A stretch of 23,485 bases of DNA from NCBI GenBank assembly GCA_963803975.1, contig CAWDOY010000046.1:1-23485 (forward strand), read 5' to 3'. This document shows, in pieces, positions 18,206-23,485 of this stretch. The position numbers and the translations under genes are program-made. This DNA comes from an uncultured delta proteobacterium. GTDB taxonomy: Bacteria > Desulfobacterota > WTBG01 > CAIYCZ01. Within the stretch, counting starts at the first letter, position 1, and every line of letters starts with the position of its first letter. The notes under the pieces are model-generated. The model searched no databases and was not told where the DNA came from. It saw only the letters and a program-made list of their open reading frames with translations.

Positions 18206-19306
18206 CTATTTCCCGAAGCTCACGCCGATTGACTGCGCTGCCTTGACAACTTCGCCGTCCGGAGGGACCTTTTTCAGCTGGCTGACAGCATCTTCAATCG
18301 CAACCGCTTCAATATGCGTAGCGTGCAGGCAGACCATTTTCCCGTAGCCTCCGGCTGCAAGCGTGTCCACCGCCGCAACCCCGAGCCGTGTTGCCAGGGT
18401 CCGGTCAAAGGCGCTGGGGATACCGCCCCGCTGGATGTGGCCGAGCACGGTAACGCGCGTCTCAAGACTGGTTTTCAGGGAAATCTCCTGCGCCACCATA
18501 TCGCCTACGCCGCCAAGCCGGATCGGGTCATGACTGTCCTCGACCACCATTCTCACCGAGACATCACCGCCATCCGGCTTTGCACCTTCGGCAACCACTA
18601 TGATGGTTGCGTTTCTGCCGCTCTTGATGCGCTCGTTTATCACCTCGCATACTTTGTCCGTGTTGAACGGTATTTCAGGGATCAGTATGATATCTCCACC
18701 GCTTGCAATGCCGGCCTGGAGAGCAATCCAGCCCGTGTACCTGCCCATCACCTCCACAATCATCACCCGGTGGTGGCTCTCGCCGGTGGTGCGGATTTTG
18801 TCTATTGCTTCGGTGGCAGTATTTATGGCGGTATCGAACCCGAACGTCACATCTGTCGCGGCAAGGTCATTGTCAATTGTTTTCGGCACGCCGACAACAC
18901 GGACCCCCATTTTTGAAAGCCGCAGCGCAATCGAGAGCGTCCCGTCTCCGCCGATAACGACCAGGGCATCGATCTCCTGGGAACGCAGGTTATCCATAAG
19001 GACGGACGAGCGGTCTTCGGAGACGATTTTACCGCCCTCCCGGAACTTGTACTCAAACGGGTTGCCGCGGTTGGATGAGCCCAGGATGGTTCCGCCGCGC
19101 GACAGGAGGCCCTTGACATAGTCGTAGAGAAGCGGCCTGGTTTTGCCTTCTTTAAGCAGCCCCTCGAAGCCGTCCTCGATGCCGATGACTTTCCATCCGT
19201 ACTGGATGATCGCGGTTTTGACTGCGGCCCTGATGACAGCGTTTAAGCCGGGACAATCACCCCCTCCGGTGAGAATGCCGATTTTTTTGATTGCCGCTTC
19301 TGCCAT
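18206..19306 (-). CDS. pfkA: 6-phosphofructokinase (PfkA family, probably ATP-dependent)
   Basis: TGGGDCPGLN, GGTILG, GGDGT, PKTIDND, EVMGR, LGHIQRGG. Confidence 0.95.
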   Translation of the reverse strand: MAEAAIKKIGILTGGGDCPGLNAVIRAAVKTAIIQYGWKVIGIEDGFEGLLKEGKTRPLLYDYVKGLLSRGGTILGSSNRGNPFEYKFREGGKIVSEDRSSVLMDNLRSQEIDALVVIGGDGTLSIALRLSKMGVRVVGVPKTIDNDLAATDVTFGFDTAINTATEAIDKIRTTGESHHRVMIVEVMGRYTGWIALQAGIASGGDIILIPEIPFNTDKVCEVINERIKSGRNATIIVVAEGAKPDGGDVSVRMVVEDSHDPIRLGGVGDMVAQEISLKTSLETRVTVLGHIQRGGIPSAFDRTLATRLGVAAVDTLAAGGYGKMVCLHATHIEAVAIEDAVSQLKKVPPDGEVVKAAQSIGVSFGK

Positions 19307-19531
19307 GACCGCTCCTCATTTGCGTTGATGTTGATATATGCGGTGAAGAAACTGGAAGAAAAAATTGAAAAATCTGGAACTCAAGAAATCAGGAAATTTT
19401 TGTTTTTACCTTTGTGAGTCCTGAGATTCCGAAATTCAATCTTCTTTGTTTCTTTTTTAGTCTTTGCGGTTAACGATGGTTCTGGCTTGTCCGGGTTAGG
19501 ATTTAGAAATTCGTGCTTAGAGCTTATGCTC

Positions 19532-20866
19532 TTAGTCCATATAGTACTCAAGCCCGAGATGCGTGATAAGCTCTTCACCCATCAGGTAGCGCAGGGTGTT
19601 TTTCAGCTTCATGAGCTGGATGAAGAGGTCATGCTCGGGATACAGGCCCTGGGCCACCATGGGGCTTTTAAAGTAGAACGAGAGCCACTCCTGGATGCCG
19701 CTTAGGCCGGCCCGCTTGGCAAAATCTGCCAGCAGCACCAGGTCAAGCACCAGGGGCGCCGCCAGGATGCTGTCGCGGCAGAGAAAATTCAGTTTTATCT
19801 GCATGGGGTAGCCGAGCCAGCCGAAAATATCTATGCAGTCCCAGCCTTCCTTATTGTCGCCCCGCGGCGGGTAATAATTGATTGCCACCTTGTGATAAAA
19901 GTCCTTATAGAGATCAGGGTACAGTTCCGGCTGCAGGATCTGCTGCAGAACCGAGAGCTTGCTTTCCTCCTTGGTCTTGAATGAGCCCGGGTCCTCCAGC
20001 ACCTGGCCGTCGCGGTTCCCCAGGATGTTGGTTGAGTACCATCCCTCAAGGCCCAGCATCCGCGATTTAAGGCCTGGCGCAATGATTGTCTTCAGGAGGG
20101 TCTGGCCGGTTTTAAAGTCTTTGCCGGCAACGGGAGCTCCGTGCTTCCGGGAAAGCTCCGTCAGTGCGGGCACATCAACCGTGAGATTGGGGGCGCCGTT
20201 GACAAAGGGAACGCCGCTGGTGAGAGCCGCATAGGCGTAGATCATGCTGGGGGGAATGTCGGGGTGATTTTCCCTGAGGCCCTGTTCAAATGCCTCGATA
20301 GTCTGATGAACCGGTGAGGGCTGAATATAGGTTTCGGTGCTGGCGCACCATATCATCACGCATCGCTTGATGCTGTTTTTTTTGATAAAGCTTTGGATGT
20401 CATCCTTGAGGGCATTGGCAAGGTCGAGATAGGTTTTCCCGGATTTCACATGATTACCGTCGAGGTTTTTCAGGTACTGCTTGTTATAGACTCCTTTGAA
20501 GGGCTCTATCCCGCTTAAAAATGGCTGCAGGCGTTCAATCATCTCCTTTTCCAGCACCCGGGCTTTTTTAGCGGCAGCATAGCAGTTGTCGCTGAATATG
20601 TCCCAGCCGCCAAAGACGATGTCTTCAGGGCCGGCAAGGTTTACGAAATCTTTTATATAGGGAACGCGGTTGTCGGTCCGTTTTCCCAGGCGGATGGTGC
20701 CCATCTGCGTCAGAGAGCCGATAGGCAGCGCCCATTTATTTCTTATTGCTTCCACCCCGGCAATAAACGTGGTGGCTACTGCTCCGCCAATTCCAGGTAT
20801 GAGGACACCCAGCTTTCCCTGTGCTGCCGGAATTTGTTCTTTTTTCCTTACCGTTTCAGCTTTCAC
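19532..20866 (-). CDS. ino1: Myo-inositol-1-phosphate synthase
   Basis: VFGGWD, GKDFKTGQT, STNILGNRDG, GDNKEGWD, CRDSILAAPLVLDL; GTG start after GGGAGG. Confidence 0.95.
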   Translation of the reverse strand: MKAETVRKKEQIPAAQGKLGVLIPGIGGAVATTFIAGVEAIRNKWALPIGSLTQMGTIRLGKRTDNRVPYIKDFVNLAGPEDIVFGGWDIFSDNCYAAAKKARVLEKEMIERLQPFLSGIEPFKGVYNKQYLKNLDGNHVKSGKTYLDLANALKDDIQSFIKKNSIKRCVMIWCASTETYIQPSPVHQTIEAFEQGLRENHPDIPPSMIYAYAALTSGVPFVNGAPNLTVDVPALTELSRKHGAPVAGKDFKTGQTLLKTIIAPGLKSRMLGLEGWYSTNILGNRDGQVLEDPGSFKTKEESKLSVLQQILQPELYPDLYKDFYHKVAINYYPPRGDNKEGWDCIDIFGWLGYPMQIKLNFLCRDSILAAPLVLDLVLLADFAKRAGLSGIQEWLSFYFKSPMVAQGLYPEHDLFIQLMKLKNTLRYLMGEELITHLGLEYYMD

Positions 20867-20912
20867 GCTTCAGTTCCCTCCCAGGATTAATATATACATA
20901 CGTATTTATTAG

Positions 20913-21056
20913 GAGTTCCATGAAAAATTCCCAGGCTGGTCAAAAACATCCGGATGCAAGGCACGCGAAATCATGAGGAATGAGGCGTACTTTACCGTAC
21001 GTCGCAATGACGAAGGATGAGCGCAACGAAGCAGATGGGTGTTTTTCAACAGCCTG
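20913..21056. mobile_element. MITE-like element, copy 3 (inverted relative to copies 1 and 2)
   Basis: Core 20932-21056, caggctggtcaaaaac ... gtttttcaacagcctg; TTAG at 20909-20912 and 21057-21060. Confidence 0.8.
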
Positions 21057-21110
21057 TTAGTAATGAACAAAGCTACACTAATACTTCATTGGGTGTCAAC
21101 CATGAAAATG

Positions 21111-21243
21111 GGGCCCGAGTGGGATTGGGGATTGGTTGCCAGTGACTCGTGACCTCGTGGTTCGTGACTCGGGGAATTGGGGCAATGGTCTCGGATTGAT
21201 TGAATTTCAACTCCAAACTCATTACTCATCGCTCAGCACTCAT
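21111..21243 (+). repeat. Composite 7-nt periodic repeat module
   Basis: gggattggggattgg, cagtgactcgtgacctcgtggttcgtgactcgggg, aactccaaactcattactcatcgctcagcactc. Confidence 0.65.
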
Positions 21244-21257
21244 TGAATAACCCGGGG

Positions 21258-21286
21258 TTGACAAATATGGCAGGCTTAAGTAATAT
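21258..21286 (+). promoter_or_regulatory. Sigma70-type promoter for apgM
   Basis: TTGACA-17 bp-TAATAT. Confidence 0.6.
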
Positions 21287-21302
21287 CGCAGAAACTTTCT
21301 AT

Positions 21303-21400
21303 GAAACTCTAAATCCTAATATCGAAACTCTAATAAAAAATAAAATGTTAGGATTTAGAAATTCGAATTTAGTGCTTTAGAATTTCAGGTTTAGGATTTC
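21303..21400. repeat. Inverted 7-nt periodic repeat tract (AAATC/GATTT type)
   Basis: aaactctaaatcctaatatcgaaa ... ttaggatttagaaattcgaatttag...tttaggatttc; 19 bp identical to 19495-19513. Confidence 0.65.
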
Positions 21401-21402
21401 AA

Positions 21403-22614
21403 ATGAAGTATGTTGTTCTCCTTGGCGACGGCATGGCTGACTACCCGCTTCCGGACCGGGGCAATAAAACCCCCCTGGAACTCAGTCATACCCCGCATAT
21501 GGATTTCATGGCGCAGCATGGAGAGGCAGGCCTGGTAAAGACCATCCCCGACGGCATGCCGCCGGGAAGCGATGTGGCCAATCTCTCGGTCATGGGGTAT
21601 GATCCGTCCCGCTACTACAGCGGCAGGGCGCCCATTGAGGCGGCAAGCATCGGCGTGAAGCTGGGCAAAGAAGATATTGCCTTTCGCTGCAACCTGGTGA
21701 CCCTGTCCGGTGCAGGCAGCACGCTCGCCATGGATGATTACAGTGCCGGTCATATCACAACAGATGATGCCCGGGTTATAATCAATGCATTGAAACAGGA
21801 GCTTGATTCGCCGGAGATAACTTTTTACAGCGGCGTCAGCTACCGGCATCTGGTTGTCTGGAGGGGCGGCATGGAGAAGATGGTCACCACGCCGCCGCAT
21901 GACATAACCGGGCGGCAGATTTCATCATACCTTCCGCAGGGGGACGGGGCTGACACGCTCATTGAGCTCATGAATAAGGCGCGTGCAATACTGGCAACAC
22001 TCCCTCTTAACCAGGAGAAAATTAAGAACGGACTGAAACCTGCCAACAGCATCTGGCTCTGGGGCCAGGGCCGCTCCCTTTCTATTCCAACGTTTCAGGA
22101 GAAATACGGCATCACCGGCGCGGTAATATCAGCGGTTGATCTGGTCAAAGGGCTGGGCATCTGTGCAGGACTAAAACCCATAGAGGTGCCGGGCGCCACC
22201 GGGTATCTCGATACCAATTACGAGGGCAAAGCCCGGGCAGCGCTTGAGGCACTGCAGTCAGTTGATTTTGTCTTCCTCCACGTGGAAGCGCCTGACGAGG
22301 CGAGCCACAAGGGAAGCCTTGACGAGAAGCTGCAGGCGATTGAGGATTTTGACCGGCGCGTGGTGAAGCCGGTGCTTGAAGGGTTGAAGGAGAAATTTTC
22401 TGATTACCGGGTGCTGGTCCTGCCGGATCACCCGACGCCAATCGCGATAAAGACACACGCATCAGACCCGGTGCCGTTTGCTCTTTTAAGCTCCGGGAAA
22501 AACACTGTTACGGGTCACACCGCATCAGGCTTCAATGAGCGCGCTGCCGAGCAGAGCGGCCTGTTTATTGAACATGGCTGGGAGCTGATGGACAAATTTA
22601 TAAAAGGCACATAG
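21403..22614 (+). CDS. apgM: Cofactor-independent phosphoglycerate mutase, ApgM type
   Basis: GDGMAD, KTPLE, PGSDVANLSVMGYDP, GRAPIEAAS, HVEAPDEASH, PDHPTP. Confidence 0.93.
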   Translation: MKYVVLLGDGMADYPLPDRGNKTPLELSHTPHMDFMAQHGEAGLVKTIPDGMPPGSDVANLSVMGYDPSRYYSGRAPIEAASIGVKLGKEDIAFRCNLVTLSGAGSTLAMDDYSAGHITTDDARVIINALKQELDSPEITFYSGVSYRHLVVWRGGMEKMVTTPPHDITGRQISSYLPQGDGADTLIELMNKARAILATLPLNQEKIKNGLKPANSIWLWGQGRSLSIPTFQEKYGITGAVISAVDLVKGLGICAGLKPIEVPGATGYLDTNYEGKARAALEALQSVDFVFLHVEAPDEASHKGSLDEKLQAIEDFDRRVVKPVLEGLKEKFSDYRVLVLPDHPTPIAIKTHASDPVPFALLSSGKNTVTGHTASGFNERAAEQSGLFIEHGWELMDKFIKGT

Positions 22615-22714
22615 GCACAAAGGCACAAAGAAATTGCAGATTGCGGATGAGAAATAGCGTGGAAGCTGAAAAGCTGATAGCAGTCACGAGTAATAACACT
22701 CAGAGTACACTCAG

Positions 22715-22805
22715 CCGTCCTCCGTAGCATCCGTACTCCGATCAGCATTCAGAAGCCTCGCTTAGAGCCAAGAGTTCTTCAGAGGATGTACTGCGGAGGG
22801 TGGAC
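22715..22805 (-). repeat. Short palindromic element, copy 2, inside an ACTC heptamer tract
   Basis: ccgtcctccgtagcatcc ... ggatgtactgcggagggtggac; termini match 12659-12718 in reverse complement. Confidence 0.65.
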
Positions 22806-22866
22806 ACTCGTTACTCATCGCTCAGCACTGATTATAACGCTGACAGCTTTTACAAAGGAAACTCCC

Positions 22867-23292
22867 ATGAAAACATTTACAACAGAACACCGGGTCATCT
22901 ACGGCGACACCGACCCGTTCAATGTGGTCTATTATGCAAACTACTTTGATTTTTTTGAGCGCGGCCGGACCGAGATGTTCCGGGAGCTTGGCGTCACCTA
23001 TAAGGAGGTTTCAAGCCTGGGCGTTTATCTGCCGGTGTCAGAGACCTATTGCAAATACCATAAGCCCGCTCAATATGACGACCTGCTGGTGATCGAGACG
23101 CGCCTCGCTTATGTCAAGCGGGTGAGCATCAAGTTTGAATACCGGATTTATGTGAAAAATTCCGACGAGCTGCTCGTAGAGGGCTACACGGTCCATGGTT
23201 TCGTGAATAAAGACCGGAAGCTGGTGCGCGTGCCTGAGGATATATATAACCGGGTTAAAGACCTGCTGCCGCTTGACGGAGGAAGGAAGTAG
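22867..23292 (+). CDS. YbgC/4HBT-family acyl-CoA thioesterase
   Basis: Start reassigned to ATG 22867 after AAGGA; RVIYGDTDPFNVVYYANYFDFFERGR, YHKPAQYDD. Confidence 0.92.
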   Translation: MKTFTTEHRVIYGDTDPFNVVYYANYFDFFERGRTEMFRELGVTYKEVSSLGVYLPVSETYCKYHKPAQYDDLLVIETRLAYVKRVSIKFEYRIYVKNSDELLVEGYTVHGFVNKDRKLVRVPEDIYNRVKDLLPLDGGRK

Positions 23293-23315
23293 TTGTGCAG
23301 CGGTAAAATAAAGCA

Positions 23316-23345
23316 TTGACATTACGCTGCACATTTCGCTATACT
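23316..23345 (+). promoter_or_regulatory. Sigma70-type promoter for the tRNA
   Basis: TTGACA-18 bp-TATACT, 13 bp before the tRNA. Confidence 0.7.
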
Positions 23346-23358
23346 TAAAATACATTGA

Positions 23359-23434
23359 TGCGGGGTGGAGCAGTTGGAAGCTTGTCGGGCTCATAACCCG
23401 AAGGTCGTTGGTTCGAATCCAACCCCCGCTACCA
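23359..23434 (+). tRNA. tRNA-Met(CAT), initiator (fMet)
   Basis: Cloverleaf; anticodon CAT at 23392-23394; GGG/CCC in the anticodon stem; 1:72 mismatch; A11:U24; GTTCGAATC T-arm; encoded CCA. Confidence 0.97.
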
Positions 23435-23443
23435 AGTAAAATT

Positions 23444-23485
23444 AAGGGTTTACGGCTTTTACGCTGTAAGCTCTTTTTTATTTTG
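23444..23485 (+). terminator. Probable intrinsic terminator after the tRNA
   Basis: aagggtttacggc/gctgtaagctctt stem with G-U pairs, followed by a T-tract. Confidence 0.65.

Noticed and set aside
18206..19306. PPi-dependent PFK assignment
   Set aside because: It has GGDG rather than GGDD at the specificity position, which favours ATP; this is not proven without an assay.
19381..19578. 65-aa ORF, and similarly 16366..16572 and 22515..22748
   Set aside because: These are low-complexity translations of intergenic periodic repeats with no convincing RBS.
1..23485. Prophage, integrative element or defence island
   Set aside because: No integrase, transposase, phage structural, cas or recognisable defence genes, and the right half is housekeeping.

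Overview
Bacterial chromosomal window of moderate GC. Gene content and repeats suggest an anaerobic Desulfobacterota/deltaproteobacterial-type genome (inference). Left half: a minus-strand cluster (TetR, DUF1302-like outer-membrane protein, DUF1329-like periplasmic protein, YCF48/BNR-repeat lipoprotein, RND/MMPL transporter, two DUF169 paralogues, ferredoxin). It faces a divergent unit of two paralogous Cys/His-rich proteins, an MFS transporter and a MIF-type tautomerase. Three genes in the first 5.7 kb each carry a +1 frameshift, possibly from assembly error. Right half: yjbQ, a HemF-like protein with altered active-site motifs, an MFS transporter, an ATC-hydrolase-like protein, a small membrane protein, an NmrA-like oxidoreductase, pfkA, ino1, apgM, a thioesterase and initiator tRNA-Met. 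Intergenic DNA holds three copies of a ~150-bp MITE-like element, a second short palindromic element in two copies, and recurring 7-9-nt periodic repeat modules. All family assignments come from motif recognition by eye, not from database searches.
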